Source of the DNA: Neocallimastix sp. 'constans' | Taxonomy: Eukaryota | Length of the DNA: 64,000 nucleotides | Direction: 5' to 3' | Assembly: GCA_050613775.1 (NCBI GenBank) | Contig: JBODTK010000012.1 | Location: forward strand, 248,001-312,000 | Translations under genes and position numbers: made by a program | Shown: positions 27,951 to 39,040 of the stretch, piece after piece | How positions within the stretch are numbered: position 1 is the stretch's first letter | Layout of the letters: each line of letters begins with the position of its first letter | The notes under the pieces: generated by a model | What the model was told of the DNA's origin: nothing | What the model saw: the letters and a program-made list of their open reading frames with translations, nothing else | Database searches by the model: none

Positions 27951-30900
27951 TTAATCAAAAATAAAATCAGTGAAAATTTTCATTTTTGGACCTGAAATAT
28001 TTTTAGTTAATGAGTCTGCAACCATATTTTCTGTATCAATATTTTAATGATACTTTTCCTTCATTTATTTTTTCATTAACATATTTATATTTTATATCCA
28101 TATGTTTACATCTTGCATTAGAATTTTCATCTTCTGCGATAAATTTGCATGATTTGTTATCAATATTTATTTTTAGAGTAAAGTTGTTATTAAATATTTC
28201 ACCCAATAATTTTTGTAACCACATACCATGCTTAGTACATTCAGTTAGGCTGACAAATTCCGCTTCCGCTGTTGATAAAGTTACACATTTTTGTAATTGT
28301 GATTTCCAAGAAATAGGACTATCTCCATTAAGAAATATATATCCTGTTGTTGATTTTCTTGTTTCTTCATCTTCAGCAAAATCTGCATCACAATAAACAG
28401 ATATATTTTTGTTTCCTTTATAATGAATTGATTTTTCTTTTGTTGAATTTAAATATTGTAAAATCATATGAGCTGATTTTAAATCTACTTCTTTTGGATA
28501 TTCTGAATGTCTTGCTGCTTGATTAACAGCAAAAGCTATATCTGGTCTTGTTTTAGTAGATATAAATAATAATTCTCCTATGATTGATTTATAGATTGTT
28601 TTGTCAATTTCTGGAGAATTTTCTCTTTCTTCTTTAGTAATTTTTCTACTAGGATATTTGATTGGTTTTGTTTTCTTCATATTATATTTTTCAATTAATT
28701 TTTCTATGTAATCTATTTGATTAATTTTGTATCCTTGATCTGTCTTGAAAATGTTTATTCCAATTATTTTATCAGCATTTGTATATTTTGAAATTTGATA
28801 TTTATTTTGAAGATCGTTTGATACATATTTTATTTCTTCTTCAATTCCTGAAAGTAAAATATCATCAACATATAGACTTAATACTAATGATAATTTATTA
28901 TTTTTATATTTAGTAAATATACACTTATCAGTATTAATTTGTTTAAGTCCTATACTTATTAAGAATTTGGATATTTCATTATTCCACTCTCTACCAGCTT
29001 GTTTTAAGCCATATAGAACTTTCTTTAGTAACCAATACTTACCTTTGTTATAATTTTTATCTCCTTTTGGAATTTTCATGTAGATTTTTTCTTTTAATTT
29101 AGCATTCAGGTAAGCTGCTTTTATATCTAATTGTTTTAACTCCCAATTATATCTGGCAGCTATTGCAATAGTTATTCTAAGACTATCGGCTTGTACTGTT
29201 GGTGAGTATGTGTTGTTATAGTCTATTCCTTCTCTTTGTTTGAAACCTTTGGCTACCCATCTTGCATTTTTTGTTCCATCATTTTTTGTAGTGAATATCC
29301 ATCTTCCATCAATTAATGTTGCGTTACGAGGAATACTGTTAATTATTTCCATAACTCTTTGATTATACATGTTATTTAGTTTTTTATTTATGGCTTGTTT
29401 CCATTGTTTTGAATCTTTTGAGTTAATTGCTTCCTCATAATTTGATGGATTATTAAATTTGATATTTAAAATTTTGTTTTTCTTTTTTGGATTTGTATTA
29501 TTTTCTTTTATAACGTCATCATTATTATTTTTTTCATTATCATTTTCATTAATGAATTTTCTTTTATTGTTATTAGAATTTGTTTCACTATTGTTAGAAT
29601 TTGTTTCACTATTGTTATTATTATTTAAATAATTTTTATTATTATCCTTGGTGTTAATTGTAGTTTTAGTATTGTTATTATTTTTATTATTTTCAATAGT
29701 GTTTTGTTTATTCGTAATATTGTTATTATTATTATCTGTGGTATCGGTATTGTTGTTATTATTGTCAGCAGTTTCAAAATTATTATTATTTGAATTATTC
29801 ATATTAATATTCTTGGTATTTGAATTATTATTGTTTAAGTTATTATTTAAATTTTGATTATTCATAAATTGTGAATTATTATCTGAATGTTCCCCCTGAA
29901 TTTGTGAATTATCAAAATCAAAAAGAGAATCAACGGAATCATTTGATAAGAAAGTAGTTTCAATAGATCCAGGAATATTTTCCATAAAATATACATCTCT
30001 TGCAGATATAATAGAATTAGTAGTTATATCAAGGATTTTATAACCTGTAGAGCCAGAAGCACAACCAAGAAAGATACCTGGTTTAGTATTATTATCTAAT
30101 TTATTTTTCTTATGATTATTATAAAAATAAACTCTGCAACCAAAAACTTTTAAATGGGATATATCAACAGGCTTGTTGAAGAAAACTTCATCAGGAATAA
30201 GAGAGTTATTGCCTTGATGAGGATTAAGATTATAGAGACGACAAGCACATAAAATTGCTGAATCCCAAAAGTTAATAGGTAGTTTCGCAGAAGATAAGAG
30301 TGTTTTAACACAGTTATCTAAGGTTTGGTTAAGACGTTCTGCACGACCATTTTGCTGAGGGCAATTAGGTAAAGAATGAATAAATTCAATACCATTATCC
30401 GCAAGATATTTTATCAAATTAGCGTTATCGTATTCTCTTCCATTATCGGTTTTGAGAGTAACTATGTTATAACTAGTGGTATTTTTCATTAGCTTATGGA
30501 AGTGAATAAACGCGTTACATACATCGGATTTATTCTTTAATAAATAAATCCAGCATTTTCTTGAGAAGTCATCTAAGAATGTGACATAATAATTGTAACC
30601 GTTGTATGATGTGATAAATTTTCCAACAACATCTGAATGAATAAGTTGTAATGAATGTGTTGATTTATTAAAAGATGAGTAGAAAGGTTTTTTCTTCATT
30701 TTACTAATATGGCATTGAGAACAATCCTTTTTATTATGTAAATTTGTATGTTTTAAAACAAAGTCTTGAATATTTTTATTATTATTAAAGTGTCCTAATC
30801 TAGCATGCCATAAATCGTAGTCAAAATTTATTACATTTGTGTTGTTAATTAAATTATAATTATTTATATTATGTGTATTTAGTGTAAATAGGAAGTCATC

Positions 30901-31370
30901 ATTTGCATGTAGCGTTGAAATCAGTTTATTGTTTTTATAAATTTGTAGACGATCTTTATTTTTGATAACGTCATAATCCATTATGAGAGTGTAACCTTTT
31001 AGAACCAAACAATGGGTAGATAACAAATTATTTTTAATATTGTCAGCATAATATACCTTTGATAGTTCTAAAGAGTTGTTGTCAAAGGTTCCAATATATT
31101 TACCAACTTTTTTAATTTTTTCGGATTTACCATTAGGATATGTGATTGATTTATTTTTTATATTTTTAGTGTTTTTTAATTTTCTAATTTCATTTGTTAA
31201 ATTTATAGGACATCCTTAATCAATTATCCATTCAGTTTTGTCATTTTCTTTGGTAGATTGTGTAATATTATTTACCGTAATATTACCGGAGAATCCGATG
31301 TTTATATTTTCTTCTTCACTATCTTCACTATCAGTTGAATCTGATTCACTTTTAATGTTATTGCTATGAA
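27951..31370 (-). CDS. pol: Copia Pol (protease, integrase, reverse transcriptase, RNase H), interrupted
   Basis: WIID*GCPINLT (protease, stop at 31216-31218, in frame with ORF 28036-31026); HARLGHF..CSQC; HSDVVG / TDNGREY / AERLN; QLDIKAAYLNA, LYGLKQAG, LYVDD; YCDADFA, STAEAEF. The final MVADSLTK motif lies in another frame just beyond 28036. Confidence 0.93.
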
Positions 31371-32359
31371 ATTTTTGTATTCTTCCTACCTTTTTGCTTT
31401 CTGATATCATTTTTTCTTGGATTGTTTCTATTTTTATTCTTTCTTTTAACATTAAAGAAACATGTGTCGGTAGTATGTCCATCTTTTTGACATATATAGC
31501 AATAATTTTCTTTATTTTTAATTTCATAATTTTTATTATTTGGTTTATTTATATTGGTTTTACTGACGGCATTCACCTGGTTCTTTAGATTTGGATTTTC
31601 TTCAATTCTTTTGATTTCTTTACATTTTTTAATAAATACTTCCATAGTAATAATTGAATTCTTCAAGTCACTAAAGGTTTTAAATTGGATTAAATTTATA
31701 GGATGGATTCCAATTTTGACAAGTTCATCAGCGGCGAATAATATTTTGGTTTCTTCATCTAACGTTGACTTGCCCAGTTTATTAGCTTCCCTTTTGTGTG
31801 ATTCGAAGAGTGTATTTAAATTATTCAAATATAATTTATAATCATTATTTTCTATTTTTAATGTTTTAATTTTATATTCGATTTTATATAATTTTGATGG
31901 GCCTGACTGGTCAAATCTACTTTTCAGTTCTTCTATCATTTCATAAGCTGTTTGACAGTCAATGATAAATTTACTTGTTGGGTCGTCCAAACTGTTTTCA
32001 ATAATGGATTGAGTTGCGTTGTCTTCTTCATTTTGGATTTCTTCCATATTATTAGGATCAATTTTGACATTAATATATTGGATTAACTTTAAAGCTATTA
32101 AATGTCTTTTTAATGCTTTAAACCACCTTGGAAAGTTTTCAGTAGTGAGCCCAAAATTTGTATAGTTAAATACGGATTTCTTGGTCATATCAATTATTAC
32201 AGTGTTACTGGTATTATTATTTTGCACTGTACTGACCTTAGGGATAGAAGATGTACTTTCTTCGTAATCTTGATTTGTTTCATTTATTTCATCTTCAGTA
32301 TTCTGTGATGATTGGGAACTATCTTCCTTTATGAAACCTTTTTTAGATTTTCCTCCCAT
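31364..32359 (-). CDS. gag: Copia Gag with CCHC zinc knuckle
   Basis: ATG at 32359 (MGGKSKK); LTTENFPRW capsid-like start; CYICQKDGHTTDTC. Confidence 0.88.
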   Translation of the reverse strand: MGGKSKKGFIKEDSSQSSQNTEDEINETNQDYEESTSSIPKVSTVQNNNTSNTVIIDMTKKSVFNYTNFGLTTENFPRWFKALKRHLIALKLIQYINVKIDPNNMEEIQNEEDNATQSIIENSLDDPTSKFIIDCQTAYEMIEELKSRFDQSGPSKLYKIEYKIKTLKIENNDYKLYLNNLNTLFESHKREANKLGKSTLDEETKILFAADELVKIGIHPINLIQFKTFSDLKNSIITMEVFIKKCKEIKRIEENPNLKNQVNAVSKTNINKPNNKNYEIKNKENYCYICQKDGHTTDTCFFNVKRKNKNRNNPRKNDIRKQKGRKNTKIS

Positions 32360-32471
32360 CTTAAGAATTAAATGTTTTAACAATTTTTAATAAAATTATA
32401 GTTTATTTTAAAATAAATAAATTTAATATCTCCTTAAGGATTTATATATTCGAGTTGTCTCTTAGAGTCGA

Positions 32472-32486
32472 ATGAGACTCTTAATC
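32472..32486 (-). promoter_or_regulatory. Primer-binding site complementary to the anticodon arm of tRNA-Lys(CUU)
   Basis: Minus strand GATTAAGAGTCTCAT abuts the 5' LTR. Its complement ATGAGA-CTCTTAA-TC is an anticodon stem-loop with anticodon CTT. There is no TGG start. Confidence 0.75.
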
Positions 32487-32752
32487 TGTTCAAGGTTGTG
32501 GATTCAGAGAACGCGAACAAGTATTACACCAAGTGTTTTAATATATATTTATTATATATTTTTATTTATTTATTTATTTAGAAAAATACATGTATCTTTA
32601 TTATTATAAAATCAACGAGAAAAAAAAATAAACTAATTTTTAATTAAACTATAAAATAACTATATACAAAATAAGGTTATAATTAATAAGGCTTGTGTGG
32701 CATATTAGATATGTTATGCATAATGTTCATATAACATTACTAATATTTAACA
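32487..32752 (-). repeat. 5' LTR (266 bp)
   Basis: Direct repeat of 27565-27829. Confidence 0.97.
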
Positions 32753-33605
32753 CATTATTATTTATTATTTATTAATAAATACCATTCATTATTATTTATT
32801 ATTTATTAATAAATACCATTCATTATTATTTATTATTTATTAATAAATACCATTCATTATTATTTATTATTTATTAATAAATACCATTCATTATTATTTA
32901 TTATTTATTAATAAATACCATTCATTATTATTTATTATTTATTAATAAATACCATTCATTATTATTTATTATTTATTAATAAATACCATTCATTATTATT
33001 TATTATTTATTAATAAATACCATTCATTATTATTTATTATTTATTAATAAATACCATTCATTATTATTTATTATTTATTAATAAATACCATTCATTATTA
33101 TTTATTATTTATTAATAAATACCATTCATTATTATTTATTATTTATTAATAAATACCATTCATTATTATTTATTATTTATTAATAAATACCATTCATTAT
33201 TATTTATTATTTATTAATAAATACCATTCATTATTATTTATTATTTATTAATAAATACCATTCATTATTATTTATTATTTATTAATAAATACCATTCATT
33301 ATTATTTATTATTTATTAATAAATACCATTCATTATTATTTATTATTTATTAATAAATACCATTCATTATTATTTATTATTTATTAATAAATACCATTCA
33401 TTATTATTTATTATTTATTAATAAATACCATTCATTATTATTTATTATTTATTAATAAATACCATTCATTATTATTTATTATTTATTAATAAATACCATT
33501 CATTATTATTTATTATTTATTAATAAATACCATTCATTATTATTTATTATTTATTAATAAATACCATTCATTATTATTTATTATTTATTAATAAATACCA
33601 TTCAT
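32753..33605. repeat. Right part of 34-bp minisatellite, about 24-25 essentially identical copies
   Basis: accattc recurs with exact period 34 (32781, 32815, ...). Confidence 0.95.
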
Positions 33606-34131
33606 TATTTATTTATTATTTATTATTTACTATTTATTATTATTTATTATTTATTATTTATTAATAAATACTATTTATAATTATTTATATTTTATTTTAT
33701 TTTATTTTATTTATATTTTATTTATATTTTATTTATATTTTATTTATATTTTATTTTATTTTATTTTATTTTATTCAATTTGTACTTTAATTATATTTAT
33801 ATTTTTTTATTATTTATTATTTATTAATAAACACTCTTTATTATTAGTTATTATTTATTAATAAATACTCTTTATTATTATTTATTATTTATTAATAAAT
33901 ACTCTTTATTATTAGTTATTATTTATTAATAAATACTCCTATTGTTATTTAATATTTATTATTTATTAATAAATATTCTTTATTATTCTTTATTCTTTAT
34001 AATTTATTATTAAATGCTCTTTTTATTATTTCTTATAATATAAAATAAATGCTATTAACTATTTGTTTATTTATTTTTTAGTTCATTTTATTTTGATTTT
34101 TAGTTTTTGTTTTTGTCTTTGATTTTGCTTC

Positions 34132-34162
<31 letters not shown>

Positions 34163-34298
34163 GTTGCTCTATATTTTAATGATGAACAATTTATTTTTTA
34201 CATTTTATTGTATGATATAATATGTAATGCAATTAATATAAAAATATGTATATTTTTATTTTCATAATATATCAATAATTAATATAATTTTAGCGTTT

Positions 34299-35690
34299 TT
34301 ATAATTCTATTTCACCTAAATTAACAGCAATATTCATAACACCAGAATCATAATCACTTAGGCATATTTCATTTAATTTTCTTTCTACTTCCTCTGTACA
34401 ATCATTAACCATAGGATCATTCCAATTAAAGGATTTACCACATCCTACAGGTAAAATTTTAGTTTTTCCTTGCATATTCAAAAATACGTTTATTTGTTTT
34501 TCTTCCTCTGTTAGTCCAGAAAATTCTCTGTCATTTTCATTATAATTATTATTTACTATTTCTTTACATGAAATTATAATTTTTCCTTGTTTATACTGTA
34601 CTAAATAATTTCTATATCTTCCACAAATTTTGTCCTTTAAATTAGTCCTTTTTCCACAAATCATACTATTACATCCTTTAATTTTAAACCAAATTTGACC
34701 ACAGTGTGGACACTTTTTATATCTACTTAAATTGTTACTTTCGTAATTATTGGTCTGAACTTTAATTTGACTTTGGGCTCTCATTGTAAAATCATTAAAT
34801 TTGTTAAATATTATATTATTAAAAATAATAACTTCAGTAATTATGGAATCAAAATCAGCTTTCTTTTCACGAACAGTTTCTGAGTATCTTTTAATTAAAT
34901 CTTCTTTGAAATCCTTAAATGCAAAATAAATTGCTCTTCTCAAATCATCATTTTCAGCTTTTTTAAATTCGTCTTCAAATTTTTTCAAGGTTTCATCAAA
35001 TTCATCCTCGTATCTTTGTCTTTCTTCCATGACACTTATGTCAAACACGTCTTTAATTGAAGCTAGGAAATCTCTTGTTTTTAAGAGTTCTAATTTGGGG
35101 ATGTTTTCCATTGTATTCTTGATTTTTTGTAATGCATTAAGAAGTTGACCTGCGGGAGTTTTATCTTTTGTTGTAAAAATGACATTTCTTATTCCAAATT
35201 GAGTAGAAAAAATTGCTTTAATATCTTCTTTATTAGTTAATGAACAATCTTCTGAATGAGTTACCAACACTGTAATATTATTCCTATACTCATAAAATAT
35301 TTTAAGCATTTGAGAAAGACTGTCAATTAAGTGATCATATCTCTTATCATATTTAATAATAAAACATATCATTCTTGCAGGAATCACTTTTAAAGTGTTT
35401 TTTTGCTTTTTTAAATGTCCAATGATATCAGTCGTTGAACGTAAACCTGGAAAGTCAATTAATAACATGTCTCCGTCTAATGAGAAACCATATTGAATGT
35501 CTTTGGTACAAGAAAATCCACTTTCAGCTGTTTCACCATTAGTTCCACAAATTTTATTTAGAATAGTCGTTTTTCCATGGCCAACCGATCCAAACAAGAT
35601 GATGTTATCTTTAGATCGTAAAACAGTATCCATGCCATGATTACTAAGTTTAAAAAGTGGTGAAAATATATTCCTAAAGAATCCTAACAT
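34299..35690 (-). CDS. Intronless TRAFAC GTPase (AIG1/GIMAP- or MMR_HSR1-like) with helical region and C-terminal RBR-Rcat-like Cys motif, 463 aa
   Basis: G1 GSVGHGKT, G2 SCTKD, G3 DFPG, G4-like VTHSE; charged helical middle; CPHCGQIWFKIKGCNSMICG...GCGKSFNW. Confidence 0.85.
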   Translation of the reverse strand: MLGFFRNIFSPLFKLSNHGMDTVLRSKDNIILFGSVGHGKTTILNKICGTNGETAESGFSCTKDIQYGFSLDGDMLLIDFPGLRSTTDIIGHLKKQKNTLKVIPARMICFIIKYDKRYDHLIDSLSQMLKIFYEYRNNITVLVTHSEDCSLTNKEDIKAIFSTQFGIRNVIFTTKDKTPAGQLLNALQKIKNTMENIPKLELLKTRDFLASIKDVFDISVMEERQRYEDEFDETLKKFEDEFKKAENDDLRRAIYFAFKDFKEDLIKRYSETVREKKADFDSIITEVIIFNNIIFNKFNDFTMRAQSQIKVQTNNYESNNLSRYKKCPHCGQIWFKIKGCNSMICGKRTNLKDKICGRYRNYLVQYKQGKIIISCKEIVNNNYNENDREFSGLTEEEKQINVFLNMQGKTKILPVGCGKSFNWNDPMVNDCTEEVERKLNEICLSDYDSGVMNIAVNLGEIEL

Positions 35691-35706
35691 TTTCTTAATT
35701 AACTTT

Positions 35707-35743
<37 letters not shown>

Positions 35744-35980
35744 TTTGTTAATTGATTTTATTAAAGATTTTTTGTATTTCACTTTATTATATTTTATTTT
35801 ATTTATTTTTTTATGGTTTATAGAGAAAAAAAAGAGGAAAACTGTTCCCTTTATATATATAAAAAAAATATGAAGACAAAAATAAAAATCATCATGACAA
35901 TACTTTTACAATTATAATTTCTTTCGATAACATTATGCTTAATCAATACGACGAACACATGAAATATATTCTTATAAATT

Positions 35981-36230
35981 AATAAATATTTATTTATATT
36001 ATTATTGATATTTTTTAACATCTCTACATTGAAAAAGGAAATTAGTATTGCTAGTATGTCTAATTTAAATTGCTTAGCTACTCCATAGTAAATAATTCAT
36101 AAATAAATAAATATTTATTCATATTATTGTTAAAGTATATTTTTTAACATCTCTACATTGAAAAAAGGAAATTAGTATGGCTAGTATGTCCAATTTATGC
36201 TGCTTAGCTACTCCATAGTAAATAATTCAT
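35981..36230. repeat. Tandem duplication, about 125 bp x2, upstream of the GTPase
   Basis: ttttaacatctctacattgaaaaaggaaattagtat.gctagtatgtc..tgcttagctactccatagtaaataattcat occurs twice. Confidence 0.88.
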
Positions 36231-36578
36231 TAAGTTTTTTTTTAATTTTTTTTTTTTTATTAATACTACCAATATTTTATCTTTTCATGTCCAAAAAAAA
36301 AATTTAATATTACCAAATAAGTAAATTTATAATTGAAAAAAGAAAAATAAATTTTTAAATTTTTAAATTCTTAAATTTTTATATTTTTATATTTCTTATC
36401 TTTGTAATTAATCTTAGTACTACTTATTATTACTGTTTACAATATGTAAATAAGTAATAATTATAAGAATCATTTATCGTTACCATTCGCCAATGGTCAA
36501 TGTATTTGTAATTATTACAATAACTACATGTTAAAAAAAATAAATAAAAATAAATAAATATAAATACTATTTATTATA

Positions 36579-36579
<1 letters not shown>

Positions 36580-36665
<86 letters not shown>
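36580..36665. repeat. (ATT)n microsatellite
   Basis: Direct reading. Confidence 0.95.
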
Positions 36666-36667
<2 letters not shown>

Positions 36668-36785
36668 ATATTATTTTAACAAAAAGTATTTAAATATTTT
36701 ATTACAATTAAATATTTTTAATATTATTTCATTATATTATTTATTAAAATTTTAAATATACTTATTTATTTATTAAAATAAATTT

Positions 36786-37257
36786 AAGCCACTTTAACAT
36801 CAACGTTTTTTTTGTACGCCGCATTTCATATAAAACCACATTAAATGTTTTTTTTTTATTTCTGGTGTGTATTGCACTAGGGGGATAATGCATTTCGGAC
36901 CAGCAGGTGTTTAAATATAAGCCACATATTTTTTAAGATGGCGTATTATATATAAATTTTTTATATATATATGTTAACATGAATTTTATTATAATTTTTA
37001 CAGTATTAAAAAATAGTATTGAAAAAAATATTATTAAATATTAGTATTAAATAAATAAATGAAGAAATTAATAAATAAATAAAAATTTTCAGAATATGGC
37101 GAATTAAATATATTTGTAAATCATCAATTTTTTTGAAATATATCACATTTTAAATATTATATTTATAAATAAAAATTTATAAAAAATAATATAAGCCACA
37201 TTCCGAAATGAAATTTATGTAAAATATTTAAAGCCACATTCTGAAGTGCCCACCCTC
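36786..37257. mobile_element. MULE-like TIR/MITE remnant
   Basis: Repeated aagccac, gcatttc and ccgaaatg motifs; gggggataatgcatttcgg ... gccacattctgaagtgcccaccctc. Confidence 0.5.
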
Positions 37258-37486
37258 GACAATATTAATTATATAAAACAAATATGTGTAGTAACATATT
37301 TGTATATTTAATATTAATTATTAAATATTAAATTTATATCTTTTTGATAATAATTATTTTATTTTATTTTATTTCAATATGTAGTATTATAATTATAATA
37401 ATTATAATACTTTAATTCATATAAATTTAATATAGTTCTATATATTAGAATATATAATTAATATAATACCTATTTCTTATAAATAG

Positions 37487-37588
37487 ATTAGATTATTTAT
37501 ATTAGAAATAGTGGACTCTTGTAAATTTTTAGGAATTAGATTATTTATATTAGAAATAGTGGACTCTTGTAAATTTTTAGGAATTAGA
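37487..37588. repeat. Tandem duplication, about 49 bp x2
   Basis: attagattatttatattagaaatagtggactcttgtaaatttttagga occurs twice. Confidence 0.9.
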
Positions 37589-37957
37589 ATTATTATTTTT
37601 ATTGTACGAATATTATAATTTTATTAATAAAATTTACTAAACAACCATTATTTTTAAAAACCCACTGCTTATAAATTATTGCACATAAAAGTCATGCATA
37701 TCATTAAGGTAGTCACAACACCATGTCACGTTAAATGAACCACATTCTTTTCATTTATTCATTTTTTTTAATGTTAAACAATTATAAAATAATGTGCTTT
37801 TGAGAAAAAATTTTTTTTGTTTTATTTATTTATATACAATTATCTAAAAAAAATAAAAATGTGGTGGGCTAAATTACAATTTAATTTTTAATTAATAAGC
37901 CATGTTCCGAAATGCAATATATTCAGTTTTTTTTTAATTTTTAAAAGAAATTATAGT

Positions 37958-38051
37958 GGGGAAGGTTGCATTTCGTCAAGTGGTGTTGATATAAATGAAT
38001 GAATGAATAAATAAATAAAAATTTAAAATATATGACGAAATGCAACTTGGA
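37958..38051. mobile_element. Mini MITE with perfect 14-bp inverted repeat
   Basis: gttgcatttcgtca (37965-37978) and tgacgaaatgcaac (38033-38046); same TIR motif family. Confidence 0.55.
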
Positions 38052-38056
38052 GAAAT

Positions 38057-38101
<45 letters not shown>

Positions 38102-38129
38102 ATATTTATTATTTAATTATTATATATTT

Positions 38130-38797
38130 AATTATCCACTCTCCTAAAATCCATGTCATAATATTTAAAAATAATTTTTTTTCATCGAAAATTAAATTAG
38201 GTGTATGACCTGCATTCTAAAATATTGCTGAAAGATATAAATCATTATTACTGTGATTAGAATGTATTAATTGTTTTGTTTCACTATTTGAAATAAAAAA
38301 ATTACAATGAGTATCACAAACATTTATTATTAAGTTGCCCATTGTATCTATAGAATAATATGAATTCCATATTTTATGGTTACTGGATACATTTATGGCT
38401 TCTTTATAATCTCTAAGTGGATGATCTACTTTTCTGAGACCCAAAATAGGACAAAGTCCATTAACTAAATAATCATGAATGACAAGAATATTGCCACCAT
38501 TTTTTTAAATAATTTTTTATTTCAATTGTTGGGTTATTTATTTCAAATCCATGGTCTAATAAATAATATATCATACAATCATAATGTATTAAAGATAATT
38601 CGTTAATACAATTGACTGCATCTAAAGAAGTTACATATATAATACAATTTATTCTTGATGGATCTAAAGTATAATATAACATATCTTTTCTTGATTGAAT
38701 ATCTGTTTCGATGGACCTGTATTCATATTTGATATAAGTAAAAATTTTATTAGGAAGATAAGACTGAAAGTTTTGTATTATAAGGTATAATTTCCAT
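38130..38797 (-). pseudogene. Inverted, decayed paralog of the ThuA/GATase-like gene at 41603
   Basis: ATG GAA ATT ATA CCT TAT at 38797; SRINCII, LIHYDC, INVCDTH, NAGHTP and IMTWIL retained, but with several frameshifts and loss of the GKGKAVYW segment. Confidence 0.9.
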
Positions 38798-38968
38798 ATT
38801 TTAATTAATAATAAAATAATATTTATAAATAGGAAAATTATTTAATATTTGATATTTGATTATTCAATATAAAAAAAAATATAAATTTATTAAATTAAAT
38901 AGATAAATATATATTTATTAATTATTTATTTTTTCAAATTAAATAGAAGTCAAAAATTATAACAATAA

Positions 38969-38969
<1 letters not shown>

Positions 38970-39039
<70 letters not shown>

Positions 39040-39040
39040 A
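38970..39040. repeat. (AAAT)n microsatellite
   Basis: Direct reading. Confidence 0.95.

Larger units (their letters stand above)
27565..32752 (-). mobile_element. Full-length Ty1/copia LTR retrotransposon with coding lesions
   Basis: TG...CA LTRs at 27565-27829 and 32487-32752, differing at only a few positions; 5-bp TSD CATTA (27560-27564 and 32753-32757); PPT and PBS; domain order gag-PR-IN-RT-RH. Confidence 0.97.

Noticed and set aside
31216..31218. Alternative genetic code (TAA read as sense)
   Set aside because: Long ORFs in the window contain no internal TAA/TAG and several end in TAA; a TCA>TAA point change explains this site.
32472..32487. A tRNA-Lys gene
   Set aside because: Only the anticodon arm is present, with no D arm, T arm or acceptor stem; its position next to the LTR fits a PBS.
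32753..33605. 34-bp repeats as a CRISPR array
   Set aside because: Head-to-tail identical units with no unique spacers, no cas genes and eukaryotic context.
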